A stretch of 41,776 bases of DNA, taken from NCBI GenBank assembly GCA_002438905.1, contig DJSA01000123.1, forward strand, positions 1 through 41,776, given 5' to 3'. Source of the stretch: Bacteroidales bacterium UBA6346. Its GTDB lineage: Bacteria; Bacteroidota; Bacteroidia; Bacteroidales; UBA932. The notes under the pieces are model-generated. The model saw only the letters and a list, made by a program, of their open reading frames with translations. It had not been told where the DNA came from and made no database searches. Position numbers and translations under genes: made by a program. This document shows, one piece after another, positions 1 to 10,237 of the stretch. Numbering within the stretch: position 1 is the stretch's first letter; every line of letters begins with the position of its first letter.

Positions 1-415
1 CGCTGAAGAGGTCTTCCACGGCAATATGGATGGCATTGTCAATGGCGTCAACGCTGCCCAGACCTACATTTTTCTGTCCCTTTAGACCGAGCCTATAATC
101 AATGGAGACGATTCGCAGCCCTTCTCGGAGCATCGCGTTGAACATAGGCATATAGTCTTCGTCATTCCGGCTGCCTCCCACGAATCCTCCTCCGAACATG
201 AAGATGACGGTTGGCTTTTCGCGTCCCGTCACGAATTTTGTCGTCTCTTCTTTCGGCTCATAGATATCCATATAGAGCTTGCATGTATCCCTCTCCGCAA
301 ACATGTAGGTCCCGTCGGGAACAGGGACATCCGGCTTTTTCGCCCGGGCTTCGGCGTCCGGACAGCACAGCGCTGCGGCAACGCAAATGAGCAATTGGAT
401 CAAAGGCTTTTTCAT
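1..415 (-). CDS. Secreted alpha/beta hydrolase (esterase/lipase-like), 3' end runs off the window
   Basis: Not in ORF track; hand translation from ATG at 415: MKKPLIQLLICVAAALCCPDAEA (signal peptide)...KLYMDIYEP...KPTVIFMFGGGFVGGSR...IVSIDYRLG, matching the HGGG-type oxyanion loop and xDYRL motif. Confidence 0.8.
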   Translation of the reverse strand, partial: MKKPLIQLLICVAAALCCPDAEARAKKPDVPVPDGTYMFAERDTCKLYMDIYEPKEETTKFVTGREKPTVIFMFGGGFVGGSRNDEDYMPMFNAMLREGLRIVSIDYRLGLKGQKNVGLGSVDAIDNAIHIAVEDLFS

Positions 416-520
416 TTTGTCTGAATTTTGTGGCCGGCATGATACACGCGGCCCGATTTGTACGGTTGGCGTGAGTGCATGATCTGTGCCTTATTTCATT
501 GTTTTTCGGGCAGTTGTCCC

Positions 521-2977
521 TTATTTCTTCGTACGCACTTCACTTACAGTTACAGTTGTCCCACTCTTGTCAGGGGCGAGGCCGATGCGAAGGTGTACTG
601 TCTCCCTGCGGTTTCTCCGACTCCTGTCGCTGATTATGAATTCTGACACCGGGTCTTCTACGAATCTCTGGATGACCCTGCGAAGCGGACGGGCACCATA
701 GCTCGGATCAAATCCTGCCTCAGCGATGAATTTCTTTACGGCGGGAGCGATGTCGAGTCTGTAGCCGGCCTCGAGAATCCTGCTCCTCAGGGCTTTCAGT
801 TCGATATCCACAATCTTGATGATGCTTTCCGGCGTGAGGCTGTTGAAGAAGATGACATCGTCGATGCGGTTGATGAACTCCGGAGGGAATGTTCGCTTCA
901 GCGCCTTGTTCAGCACTGTTCTGCGGTTGTCGCTGACATTTCGGCCTGCTGTTGCGAATCCGACACCGCTGCCGTATTCGTCGAGTTCGCGTGAACCCAC
1001 GTTAGAGGTCATGATCAGTATTGTGTTGCGGAAATCAACCGTGTTGCCGTTACTATCGGTCAGGCGTCCGTCATCAAGTACTTGAAGCAAGAGGCTGTAT
1101 ACATCGGGATGCGCCTTTTCAATTTCGTCTAGGAGCACCACACAGTAGGGCTTTCTGCGCACTTTCTCGCTCAGTTGCCCGCCCTCGTCATATCCGACAT
1201 AGCCCGGAGGCGCTCCGATGAGGCGCGAGACGTTGAACTTTTCCGAGTATTCGCTCATGTCGATGCGCACCATATTCTCCTCGCTGTCAAACAGATACTC
1301 TGCTATGGACTTTGCAAGCTGGGTCTTGCCGACTCCTGTAGGGCCGACAAAGAGGAAGGTGCCGATCGGGCGGGCGGGATCCTTGATCCCGGCGCGATTC
1401 CTCCGAATCGCGCGGACGACGCCGGCTACGGCCTCGTCCTGCCCGACTATCCGCCGCTCCAGCCTGCCTTCCATCCGCATGAGCCTCAGGCTTTCCGACT
1501 GCGCAACGCTGCTCACCGGGATGCCTGTCATCTTGGACACCACCTCGGCGATATTTTCCCGCCTGACAGCATTCCCTCCTCGCAGCCGCACCATTGAACC
1601 GGCCTCGTCCATAATGTCCAGCGCCTTGTCCGGCAGGCATCTATCCGTCACATATCGCGAGGACATGGACACACACGCCTCAAGGGCATCCTCATCATAG
1701 CTTACCCCATGGTACTGCTCATATCTTGGGCACATCCGCTCCAAAATCGAAAGCGTCTGGGCCGCCGAAGTCGGCTCTACGATGATCTTCTGAAAACGCC
1801 TGTCCAGCGCTCCGTCCTTCTCCACAATCTTGCGAAATTCGTCCAATGTGGTTGCCCCTATGCACTGGATTTCCCCTCGTGCCAGCGCCGGTTTGAGTAT
1901 ATTAGCCGCATCGAGGCTTCCTGAGCCGCCGCCGGCTCCGACCATAGTGTGGAACTCGTCTATGAACAGAATCACGTCCGGGTGTGTTGCAATCTCGTTC
2001 ATGATGCCCTTGAGCCTCTTCTCGAAATCGCCCCTATAGCGCGTTCCGGCCACGACTGACGCGATGTCAAGCGAGACCAGTTTCTTTCCTCTCAAAGTAG
2101 GCGGAATGTCACCGGTGGCAATCCGTATGGCTATTCCCTCAACAATCGCCGACTTGCCCACGCCCGGATCTCCTATCAGCATCGCATTGTTCTTCTTTCT
2201 CCTCCCCAGAATCTGAATCACCCTCATTATCTCGTCCTCGCGCCCCACCACTGGGTCAAGCCTATGCTCCCGTGCCGCTGCGGTGAGGTCATATCCGAAC
2301 TCGTCCAGCAGGCTCTGCTCTTCGCCGCGCATCCCGGCACGACCTGCTCCGGAGCCCGTCCCCATACCAGCCTCAGTATCAGCGTCAGAGCCAACCCCGA
2401 CTCCACTGCCGGCATGCAGGCTCGCACCCTTTCCGTTTCCGGTTTCAGCACCGGTTTCAGCACCGGTTTCAGTACCCTCCTCGGCGCCGCGCCCTCCGGC
2501 CGCGGCATCGCCTGCCTCAGGCGCATATCCGCTGTCCAGCAGCCCCAGCTTTGAGAACTCGTCCAGAAGCAGATTGTAAGTCAGCCCATGCTCCTGCAGG
2601 TACTCCGCCCCATAACTCGCCCCCGACTTGCACAGCGCAAGCAGCAGGTGCTGCGGCCCCACGATGTTTCCTCCGGCCTTGGTGGTCTCGAAGACTGCTG
2701 TGTTGATGGTGTTGACCGAACTCCTAGCAAGGGTGATGCTCTCAATGTCAGAATATGGGATGTGCCTCCCCTCCGAAACTTTTCCGTCAATAAAGTCCTT
2801 GAAGTCAGCCAGATCCACCCCTAGAAACTTCAGGTGCAGCGCTGCGAGATTGTCCTCGTGCCGCACCATTCCGAGGAAAAGATGGTCAGGTCCTATCATG
2901 TAACTTCCCGTCCGCATCGCCTCCTCTCTGGCGTAGTTCACGATTGCGTTGAGTGTGTCCGATATTGATATCTTCAT
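521..2977 (-). CDS. clpC: ATP-dependent Clp protease ATP-binding subunit (ClpC-like, middle domain absent)
   Basis: Clp N-domain repeats, Walker A GDPGVGKS and GPTGVGKT, Walker B LFIDEFH and [26 protein letters not shown] ClpP loop. Start moved to ATG 2977 because the longer ORF overlaps the promoter. Confidence 0.92.
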   Translation of the reverse strand: MKISISDTLNAIVNYAREEAMRTGSYMIGPDHLFLGMVRHEDNLAALHLKFLGVDLADFKDFIDGKVSEGRHIPYSDIESITLARSSVNTINTAVFETTKAGGNIVGPQHLLLALCKSGASYGAEYLQEHGLTYNLLLDEFSKLGLLDSGYAPEAGDAAAGGRGAEEGTETGAETGAETGNGKGASLHAGSGVGVGSDADTEAGMGTGSGAGRAGMRGEEQSLLDEFGYDLTAAAREHRLDPVVGREDEIMRVIQILGRRKKNNAMLIGDPGVGKSAIVEGIAIRIATGDIPPTLRGKKLVSLDIASVVAGTRYRGDFEKRLKGIMNEIATHPDVILFIDEFHTMVGAGGGSGSLDAANILKPALARGEIQCIGATTLDEFRKIVEKDGALDRRFQKIIVEPTSAAQTLSILERMCPRYEQYHGVSYDEDALEACVSMSSRYVTDRCLPDKALDIMDEAGSMVRLRGGNAVRRENIAEVVSKMTGIPVSSVAQSESLRLMRMEGRLERRIVGQDEAVAGVVRAIRRNRAGIKDPARPIGTFLFVGPTGVGKTQLAKSIAEYLFDSEENMVRIDMSEYSEKFNVSRLIGAPPGYVGYDEGGQLSEKVRRKPYCVVLLDEIEKAHPDVYSLLLQVLDDGRLTDSNGNTVDFRNTILIMTSNVGSRELDEYGSGVGFATAGRNVSDNRRTVLNKALKRTFPPEFINRIDDVIFFNSLTPESIIKIVDIELKALRSRILEAGYRLDIAPAVKKFIAEAGFDPSYGARPLRRVIQRFVEDPVSEFIISDRSRRNRRETVHLRIGLAPDKSGTTVTVSEVRTKK
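2439..2474. repeat. In-frame 12-bp tandem repeat (CCGGTTTCAGCA x3, last imperfect) in the Gly/Ala/Glu-rich Clp linker
   Basis: Read directly; encodes [12 protein letters not shown]. Confidence 0.85.
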
Positions 2978-3018
2978 TTTAAATAGCCACGTCTTTAGGG
3001 CGCATTTTGCACCCCGTT

Positions 3019-3050
3019 TTTGCAAAATTACGCAAATCTCCGTATATTTG
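3019..3050 (+). promoter_or_regulatory. Bacteroidetes sigma-A promoter for gyrA
   Basis: TTTG 3019-3022, 20-nt spacer, TATATTTG 3043-3050. Confidence 0.75.
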
Positions 3051-3054
3051 CAAG
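3023..3054 (-). promoter_or_regulatory. Divergent overlapping promoter for clpC
   Basis: Minus strand CTTG (3054-3051), 20-nt spacer, TAATTTTG (3030-3023). Confidence 0.65.
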
Positions 3055-3112
3055 CTATGCCACGACGTCTTGTCGGCGTCATTGGCGCATGTTAGTGGGA
3101 ATTTGATAAGAT

Positions 3113-5707
3113 ATGGAAAACAACAACGAAGAAAAGATTACGACCGGCAGGATTGAACAGGTTGATATTGACCAGCAGATGAGGAGCGCATACATCGACT
3201 ATTCGATGTCTGTGATTGTCTCCCGTGCGCTGCCTGATGTCAGGGATGGTCTCAAGCCTGTTCACAGAAGGGTGCTATTCGGAATGGAGGGGCTGGGTCT
3301 TTCCTACTCCGGGCAGACTAAGAAATCCGCCAGAATTGTCGGAGAGGTGCTCGGTAAATACCATCCGCATGGAGACTCCAGCGTATATGACGCGATGGCC
3401 CGTCTCGCGCAGTGGTGGAGCGTCCGTTATCCGCTCGTCTATGGGCAGGGAAACTTCGGTTCCATGGACGGCGACCCCGTGGCGGCGATGCGTTACACCG
3501 AGGCCAAGCTCGAAAAGATTTCCGAAGACATACTCGGCGACCTTGAGAAGGACACCGTTGATATGCAGAACAACTTCGATGACTCCCTTCAGGAGCCGAC
3601 CGTGCTGCCGACCAAGCTGCCTTTGCTTCTTCTGAATGGATCTTCCGGAATCGCTGTCGGAATGGCCACGAACATGGCACCGCACAACCTTTCGGAGTGC
3701 TGTGACGGCATCTGTGCCTACATCGACAACCCGGACATCACCATTGACGAGCTCATGCATTTCATCAAGGGTCCGGATTTCCCGACCGGAGGCATCATCA
3801 TGGGCCGTCATGGCATAAAGGATGCGTTTGAGACGGGTCAGGGAAGGATTGTAATCCGTTCTAAGACAGAAATCGAGGTAAGCGAAAGCGGCCGTGAGAC
3901 CATCGTTGTTACCGAAATTCCATATATGGTCAACAAACGTGAGATGATTGAAAAAATCGCTGAACTCGTTGAGACTAAGAAGATTGACGGAATTTCATAC
4001 GTCAACGACGAAACCACCCGTCAGGGCGTGCGCGTAATTATCCGCCTCAAGCAGGGAGCAAATTCTAGCGTTGTTCTGAATAACTTGTTCAAGTACTCTC
4101 CGCTTCAGTCCAGCTTCAGCGTGAACAACGTCGCGCTCGTGAACGGACGGCCTTACACTCTGAACCTCAAGGATCTCATCCGCAATTTCGTGGAGCACCG
4201 CCATCAGGTCATCGTCCGCAGGACCAAATTCGACCTCAAGAAGGCCCAGGCCCGTGCCCACATACTCGAAGGCCTTCTCAAGGCTCTCGACGTGATTGAC
4301 GAAATCATCAACATAATCCGCGCATCGAAGAATGTCGATGAAGCCAAGTCCCAACTCATCGAAAGGTTCGAGTTTACCGACATCCAAGCGTCCGCAATCG
4401 TGGAGATGCGTCTGCGTCAGCTCACCGGACTCGAAAGGGAGAAACTCCAGAGCGAATATGACGAACTCATGAAATTCATCAAATACTGCATCGACGTTCT
4501 CGGAAGTTACGACATGCAGATGGCGATAGTCAAGGACGAGACCATGCTGATGAAGGAGAAATATGGTGATGCAAGAAGAACCGAAATCACTCTGTCCGCA
4601 GAGGAATTCAACCCTGAGGACTTCTATCCTGACGAGGATGTCGTGGTGACGATTTCACATCTCGGATATATAAAGAGGACTCCGCTCACCGAGTACCGCA
4701 CCCAGGCACGTGGTGGCGTGGGTATGAAGGGTGCCGCCAAGAGGGACGCCGACTTCATCGAGCACATCTACGTCGCCAACATGCACAGCACGCTGCTTCT
4801 CTTCACGGAGAGCGCCAAGTGCTTCTGGCTCAAAGTGTATGAGATTCCGGAAGGCTCACGCTCATCGAAAGGACGTGCCATCCAGAACGTTCTGAACCTT
4901 TCCGCCGAAGACAGAATCAAGGCATATCTTAACGTCCGAAACCTCAAGGACGAGGACTACATCAACAATAACTATGTGGTTCTCTGCACTAAGAACGGCA
5001 TCATTAAGAAGACCACTCTCGAAGCCTATTCAAGGCCTCGTGCGAATGGTGTCATAGCCCTCACAATCCGCGAGGGAGATGAACTTCTCGATGTCGCGCT
5101 CACAAGCGGCAGCAGCCAGATTTTCATAGCCGGCAAGGAAGGTCGCTGCGTGAGGTTCGACGAGTCTGATGTAAGGCCTATGGGACGTACTGCCGCCGGT
5201 GTTAAGGGCATCAACCTTGACAGCGACAGCAACGAGGTCATCGGGCTGCTCAGCTACGAGCCTCAGGCCGAGGATGCCGCTGACCACTCCATTCTAGTTG
5301 TCAGCGATCATGGCTACGGCAAGCGCTCCGACTTCGAGGAATACCGCAAGACCAGCCGAGGCAGCAAGGGAGTGAAGACTCTGAATATTACGGACAAGAC
5401 AGGAGAACTCATTGCCATAAAGAATGTTACGGACAATGATGACTTGATGATCATCACCCGTTCCGGACTCACCATCCGCATGGCAGTCTCCGACATCCGC
5501 ATTGCCGGACGTGCAACCCAGGGCGTGCGCCTGATCAACATAAAGGACGGTGACTCAATCGCTGCCGTTTCAGTGGTTGCAAAGAGCGATGATGAGGAAG
5601 AGGTAACCGAGACCCCTTTGGAACAGCCTTCTGAAGGTGATGCCATGCCCGATGATCAGGCTCTTTCAGAAAGCTCTGAGAGCCAAGGAGATGAACAGAA
5701 TCTTTAA
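3113..5707 (+). CDS. gyrA: DNA gyrase subunit A
   Basis: [32 protein letters not shown] catalytic Tyr, GyrA-box QARGGVG, C-terminal pinwheel repeats and acidic tail. Confidence 0.97.
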   Translation: MENNNEEKITTGRIEQVDIDQQMRSAYIDYSMSVIVSRALPDVRDGLKPVHRRVLFGMEGLGLSYSGQTKKSARIVGEVLGKYHPHGDSSVYDAMARLAQWWSVRYPLVYGQGNFGSMDGDPVAAMRYTEAKLEKISEDILGDLEKDTVDMQNNFDDSLQEPTVLPTKLPLLLLNGSSGIAVGMATNMAPHNLSECCDGICAYIDNPDITIDELMHFIKGPDFPTGGIIMGRHGIKDAFETGQGRIVIRSKTEIEVSESGRETIVVTEIPYMVNKREMIEKIAELVETKKIDGISYVNDETTRQGVRVIIRLKQGANSSVVLNNLFKYSPLQSSFSVNNVALVNGRPYTLNLKDLIRNFVEHRHQVIVRRTKFDLKKAQARAHILEGLLKALDVIDEIINIIRASKNVDEAKSQLIERFEFTDIQASAIVEMRLRQLTGLEREKLQSEYDELMKFIKYCIDVLGSYDMQMAIVKDETMLMKEKYGDARRTEITLSAEEFNPEDFYPDEDVVVTISHLGYIKRTPLTEYRTQARGGVGMKGAAKRDADFIEHIYVANMHSTLLLFTESAKCFWLKVYEIPEGSRSSKGRAIQNVLNLSAEDRIKAYLNVRNLKDEDYINNNYVVLCTKNGIIKKTTLEAYSRPRANGVIALTIREGDELLDVALTSGSSQIFIAGKEGRCVRFDESDVRPMGRTAAGVKGINLDSDSNEVIGLLSYEPQAEDAADHSILVVSDHGYGKRSDFEEYRKTSRGSKGVKTLNITDKTGELIAIKNVTDNDDLMIITRSGLTIRMAVSDIRIAGRATQGVRLINIKDGDSIAAVSVVAKSDDEEEVTETPLEQPSEGDAMPDDQALSESSESQGDEQNL

Positions 5708-5804
5708 AAAGAGACTTATTTTATTGTAAAATCGCAAATGGTTCGGACGGGACTAAGGCAGACCCGGCTGAAACGATATTAAAACATTAAAATTCTGATG
5801 CATT

Positions 5805-7166
5805 ATGAAAAAGACATTAATCGCATTGACAGTTTTGCTTTCTTCTGCTCTTCTGGCAACAGCCCAGCAGAAATCTCCGGAAGCGTTGCGGTCTGCCGTT
5901 GAAAAGGCTGAAGCCGCTGCTGTGAATCCAAAAAAGGCCTCAAAACCGGACACTTGGATTAAAATCGGTAAGGCATATATTGACGCCTACAATGGACCTG
6001 CGGGCCAGCTCTGGATCGGTGCGACCCAGACCGAACTTCAACTCGTGACGGGCAATGCCCAACCGCTTTCCACCGAGACTGTGGACCTCGGAGGCACGCC
6101 TTGCCAGAAGCAGGTGTTTGCAGATAAGGATCTCTATTTCAACCAGCAGGGACAGCTTGTCCTCATCAATGTCACAAAACCGGTGTATGAGGATGCGCTC
6201 GCGGGTGCGCTTTCCGCATATGCAAAGGCCGGTGAACTTGATGTTGATGGGAAGAAAACCAAGCCTATCGTCGCTGCTCTTGACGATATCGCGGCCAAGT
6301 ACCTCAACGATGGAATGAACGCCTACACTCTCGGTGAGCTCAAACTCTCCAGTGAAAAGTTCGAGAACGCTGCAAGGGCTGCCGCTACCGCTCCTTCAAA
6401 CAAGATTGACACAACCGCGCTCTACAATGCTGGATTCACTTCTTGGGCATACGCTAACCAACTAGCTGCAACGGACTCTCTTGCTGCAGTTCAGGAGTAT
6501 AGGCGCGCAAAGGGCTTCTTCGAGTCCTGCCTCGCTGCCAAGTACTATTACGAGGGAGGCGAGGTGTTCGCGAAGCTCCACGACATCTATAACAAGCTCG
6601 GAGAGAAGGATGCCGCAAGACAGATCCTTGAGGCCGGTTTCCAGCAGTATCCAGACAGCCAGAGCATTCTCATCTCTCTTATCAACTTCTACATCGAGAA
6701 CAAGGAGGATCCGAATAAGCTCTTCACTCTGATAGATGCCGCAATCGCGAATGAGCCTGACAATGCATCTCTCTACTATGTGAAGGGCAACATTTACAAC
6801 GAGCTCGGCGACAAGGAGGCGGCTAGGGAGTCCTACTACAAGTGTGCCGAGATCAACCCTGACTATGAGTATGGCTACATCGGTGCAGGGATAATGTACT
6901 ACAACGATGCTGTTGCCATTTCAGAACAGGCTTCCAACGAGATGGACGACAAGAAGTACGAGGAACTCGTTGCGCAGTTCGAGCAGTGCCTCAAGGAAGC
7001 GATTGAGCCGTTTGAGAAGGCATACGCTATTTCAAAGGACGAGAGCATAAAGGCCAACGTTGCACTCTATCTCAAGAACATCTACTATCGTTTCGTCTCC
7101 CAGGGTCCTGAATACGAGGCTGCCTACAAGAAGTATGACGAAATCGTGAAGAATAGTCAAAACTAA
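5805..7166 (+). CDS. Exported tetratricopeptide repeat protein
   Basis: Signal peptide ending ATA-QQ; helical TPR-like repeats (e.g. EPDNASLYYVKGNIYNELGDKEAARESYYKCAEINPDY). Confidence 0.85.
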   Translation: MKKTLIALTVLLSSALLATAQQKSPEALRSAVEKAEAAAVNPKKASKPDTWIKIGKAYIDAYNGPAGQLWIGATQTELQLVTGNAQPLSTETVDLGGTPCQKQVFADKDLYFNQQGQLVLINVTKPVYEDALAGALSAYAKAGELDVDGKKTKPIVAALDDIAAKYLNDGMNAYTLGELKLSSEKFENAARAAATAPSNKIDTTALYNAGFTSWAYANQLAATDSLAAVQEYRRAKGFFESCLAAKYYYEGGEVFAKLHDIYNKLGEKDAARQILEAGFQQYPDSQSILISLINFYIENKEDPNKLFTLIDAAIANEPDNASLYYVKGNIYNELGDKEAARESYYKCAEINPDYEYGYIGAGIMYYNDAVAISEQASNEMDDKKYEELVAQFEQCLKEAIEPFEKAYAISKDESIKANVALYLKNIYYRFVSQGPEYEAAYKKYDEIVKNSQN

Positions 7167-7181
7167 AAGTTTGAACCTGAT

Positions 7182-7211
7182 AAAAAGCCGTCACGATGTG
7201 GCGGCTTTTTT
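7182..7211. terminator. Bidirectional intrinsic terminator between TPR gene and phoH
   Basis: AAAAAGCCGTCAC-GAT-GTGGCGGCTTTTT between convergent genes. Confidence 0.8.
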
Positions 7212-8154
7212 ATGGTTCTGTGATTTTATCAAATGCCCGTACTATTTTGCTGACCAGCGGATGCCGCACAATGTCGGCATTGGTGAAGGTGATGCAGGCG
7301 ATGCCCTTGATTCCCTCCACGAGTTTCATTCCGCGGAGCAGACCGCTGTCGGACTTGTTCGGCAGGTCTACCTGCGAGGCATCGCCGGTGACGATGAACT
7401 TGGCGTCGCGTCCCATTCGGGTGAGAAACATCTTCAGTTGTCCGAGATTGGTGTTCTGCGCCTCGTCAAGAATTACGCAGGCGCGGTCGAGTGTGCGTCC
7501 GCGCATATAGGCGAGCGGCGCAATCTGAATCGTTCCATCGGTGATGAACTCTTGTAGCTTCTTCGGCGGGATCATGTCCCCGAGAGCATCATAGAGCGGC
7601 TGGAGATATGGGTCGAGTTTGTCCTTGAGGTCTCCAGGCAGGAATCCGAGTCTCTCTCCGGCCTCTACAGCCGGCCTCGTGAGAATGATCCTCTTCACCT
7701 CTCGGTTCTTTAAAGCCCTCACTGCCAATGCGATGGCAACGTATGTCTTTCCCGTTCCGGCAGGTCCAACGGCAAAGATGAGGTCATTCTCGAAATATGC
7801 CTTCACCATTTTTTCCTGCCTCGCGTTCCGCGCCTTTATCGGCTTCCCATCGTTCCCAAACACAATCGGCGCGTCCGAGTGCATCTCGAACTCCGCGGCT
7901 GCATTTTCGCCCTCGAAAAGTTCCTCCACATCGTAGGTGGAAAGCGACCTCTTGTGCATCCTCTTTTCAATCAGACGGCTGATTTTCTCGTTGAATCCAA
8001 TTATGTCGTCCTGTGTCCCATCCAGCAGTAGCTCATTTCCACGGGCCACCACCTTCAGCTTTGGAAAATAAGCGCACAGTGCCTCCAGAAGCCTGTTCGC
8101 TGGCCCGTAAATCTCAATCGGGTCTATCGCCTCAAGTGTAATTGTCTTTTTCAT
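7210..8154 (-). CDS. phoH: PhoH family ATPase
   Basis: GPAGTGKT, LTRPAVEAGERLGFLPGD, APLAYMRGRT, ILDEAQN, TGDASQVDL, DIVRHPLV. Confidence 0.93.
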   Translation of the reverse strand: MKKTITLEAIDPIEIYGPANRLLEALCAYFPKLKVVARGNELLLDGTQDDIIGFNEKISRLIEKRMHKRSLSTYDVEELFEGENAAAEFEMHSDAPIVFGNDGKPIKARNARQEKMVKAYFENDLIFAVGPAGTGKTYVAIALAVRALKNREVKRIILTRPAVEAGERLGFLPGDLKDKLDPYLQPLYDALGDMIPPKKLQEFITDGTIQIAPLAYMRGRTLDRACVILDEAQNTNLGQLKMFLTRMGRDAKFIVTGDASQVDLPNKSDSGLLRGMKLVEGIKGIACITFTNADIVRHPLVSKIVRAFDKITEP

Positions 8155-8157
8155 ATA

Positions 8158-9540
8158 TTATTTGCTGGATCTCCTCGCGCTTCTTGTGGCGCGGGCTGCC
8201 GCTGGAGCGTCCTCGATGAACTCGATATGATCATTGTTGAGCCTGATGCCCAGCCACTTGGTGAACTTTTCCTTCTCAACGGACGTCATGGCCTTGTTAG
8301 TTTTCGCCACAACGATGATCCGTCTGTCAACCTTCAGGCTATCCGCAGTCACACCAGCTCCGTCACCGATATTCAGTTCCGTGATTTCAGGCCATGAGTT
8401 GATGGCCTCGCGCGTAACTTGGGCGTATGGAATCTCGTTCTTCTTGATCAGTTCAATTTCCGCTTCAAGACGCTTTATTTCATCGTCCCTGCGGTTGATT
8501 TCGCTGTCTGTCCGTGCATATATTCCCTGAATAAGTTCTTTCTCAACCTTGCTCTGTCCGTTGGTGTGCTCGTTGATGACAACCTGCTCCTGCTTGAGTC
8601 CGGCAGCCTTGGCAAGTTCGTAGAGGTTGTTCCTGTCAATTGCGGAGAGTTCCTCGCCTGTTATGAACAACTCGATCTTTCCGCCGTTCTCGTGGCTTAT
8701 CTTATAATCGTAGATAATGGAATTGCCTATTGACTTGTTCTGCTGCACGAAGCCTATCGCCTTGTCTTCAAAGTTGTTGTTTTTAATCAGCACCACCGCA
8801 GACCAGATGCTCGGCACGATGAATATCAGCATCACGATGCTGACGATCCACTTTGTCCGTCTCTCAACTTTGGCATCGCTGAAGTTTACAGCATGGAAAC
8901 CGAGGAACTTTGCCGCGAGGTAGGTCGCGAGGGCGATGAATACGCAGTTGATGAAGAACAGGTAGAGTGCACCGAAGAAATAGCTCATGTTCCCGTTCGC
9001 CAGTCCGTATCCTGCGGTACACATAGGCGGCATGAGGGCCGTTGCAATGGCTACTCCGGAGAAGACTGTTCCCTTTTCCTTACGGCACTGCTCGAAGATT
9101 CCTGCGCTTCCGCCAAACAGGGCGATCAGCACATCGTAGATGGTCGGGTTGGTCCTCGCCAGGAGTTCCGTCGGATTGCTGAGGTTCAGCGGGGTTATGA
9201 GGAAGTAGAGGCACGAGGCCAAGAGCGCGATCCCCATCATCGTAAGCAGGTTCTTGCCGGCATCCTTGAAAAGTTGTATGTCATTTATTCCAAGAGAAAG
9301 TCCTATGCCGAAGATAGGCCCCATAAGCGGGGATATGAGCATTGCGCCGATGATAACGGGGATCGAATTTGTGTTGAGGCCGATGGACGCTATGATTATC
9401 GAGAACGCGAGAATCCAAGCGTTGGGGCCCTTGAAATATATGTTGGACCTGATTGACTGTTCTGCTGCGGTCGTGTCCATGTGCCCTGACAAATCCACGA
9501 TATCCTTGAAGAAATGCCCGATTTTACCTAAAAAGTTCAT
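8158..9540 (-). CDS. DUF389 / TIGR00341-like integral membrane protein
   Basis: IIGAMLISPLMGPI, ELLARTNPT, GVAIATALMPP motifs; multiple TM segments plus soluble C-terminal region. Confidence 0.85.
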   Translation of the reverse strand: MNFLGKIGHFFKDIVDLSGHMDTTAAEQSIRSNIYFKGPNAWILAFSIIIASIGLNTNSIPVIIGAMLISPLMGPIFGIGLSLGINDIQLFKDAGKNLLTMMGIALLASCLYFLITPLNLSNPTELLARTNPTIYDVLIALFGGSAGIFEQCRKEKGTVFSGVAIATALMPPMCTAGYGLANGNMSYFFGALYLFFINCVFIALATYLAAKFLGFHAVNFSDAKVERRTKWIVSIVMLIFIVPSIWSAVVLIKNNNFEDKAIGFVQQNKSIGNSIIYDYKISHENGGKIELFITGEELSAIDRNNLYELAKAAGLKQEQVVINEHTNGQSKVEKELIQGIYARTDSEINRRDDEIKRLEAEIELIKKNEIPYAQVTREAINSWPEITELNIGDGAGVTADSLKVDRRIIVVAKTNKAMTSVEKEKFTKWLGIRLNNDHIEFIEDAPAAARATRSARRSSK

Positions 9541-9593
9541 ATACTATTTTGTGTTTTCCCCAAAAAATGAAATTGTATTTTCTGAACAAACTG

Positions 9594-9621
9594 CAAATAT
9601 ATGATTTTTATTCTAAATTTG
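9594..9621. promoter_or_regulatory. Pair of divergent -7 promoter elements (DUF389 gene / SPOR gene)
   Basis: Minus TATATTTG (9601-9594) and plus TAAATTTG (9614-9621); -33 elements degenerate. Confidence 0.6.
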
Positions 9622-9714
9622 CAGATTGCTTCCGATGCTCCGGTGAATAACGGTCCAAGAGTGCCGGAGAAATGTTTGAGTGTGTGAGCGGATGCATCTG
9701 AAAAATAAAGTGTT

Positions 9715-10236
9715 ATGGGAAGAAACGCTGTGATTGCTATGGTCTTCGTCACTACGATTGTCTGTGGCTGCGACTTTTTCCGCGGGCTTGCTGGAAGGCC
9801 AACGAGTGCGGAAATAAATGAAAAGCGTGCCGCCATCGAAGCCGCAAGGGTCGAGGAGGCCGCGCGAGAGCAGGCTCGCCGGGACTCTGTCCGGTTGGCA
9901 GAAAAGGCTGTTGCCGATTCAGTCGCTGCCCTGGAACGTCTAACTGCTCTCGGGATCAAGATGCTTCCTCTGTCTGAACTCGGGGTAGTTTACGGCGGTC
10001 TGGAGCCGGGGTACAGCATAGTGGTCGGCTCATTCAAGTCGCTGAAGAATGCAGAGCGCATGGCCGCTGAGGTTGCCGATGCTGGATATGTCCCGTCGGT
10101 GCTGAAGTTCAGCAACGGGATGTCGGCTGTGGCGGTCGAGTCGAAGACGAGGATTGCCGAAGCTTTGGCGTCATATGAGAAAGTCAAATCTGAAAAATTC
10201 TGTCCGGAAGATGCCTGGATACTCTGCAATAACTGA
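9715..10236 (+). CDS. SPOR-like domain lipoprotein
   Basis: Lipobox-like VCGC, coiled segment, then YSIVVGSFKSLKNA...DAWIL typical of SPOR domains. Confidence 0.75.
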   Translation: MGRNAVIAMVFVTTIVCGCDFFRGLAGRPTSAEINEKRAAIEAARVEEAAREQARRDSVRLAEKAVADSVAALERLTALGIKMLPLSELGVVYGGLEPGYSIVVGSFKSLKNAERMAAEVADAGYVPSVLKFSNGMSAVAVESKTRIAEALASYEKVKSEKFCPEDAWILCNN

Positions 10237-10237
10237 G

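Noticed and set aside
258..440. 60-aa minus-strand ORF in the track
   Set aside because: Wrong frame; the real gene is the hydrolase starting at 415
2978..3082. N-terminal extension of Clp ORF (likewise dxs 22531-22590 and M28 10154-10237)
   Set aside because: Overlaps promoter elements or the upstream gene; homology-like sequence starts at the later ATG
5741..5773. Imperfect hairpin between gyrA and TPR gene
   Set aside because: Several mismatches and no T-tract; cannot be called a terminator or RNA element
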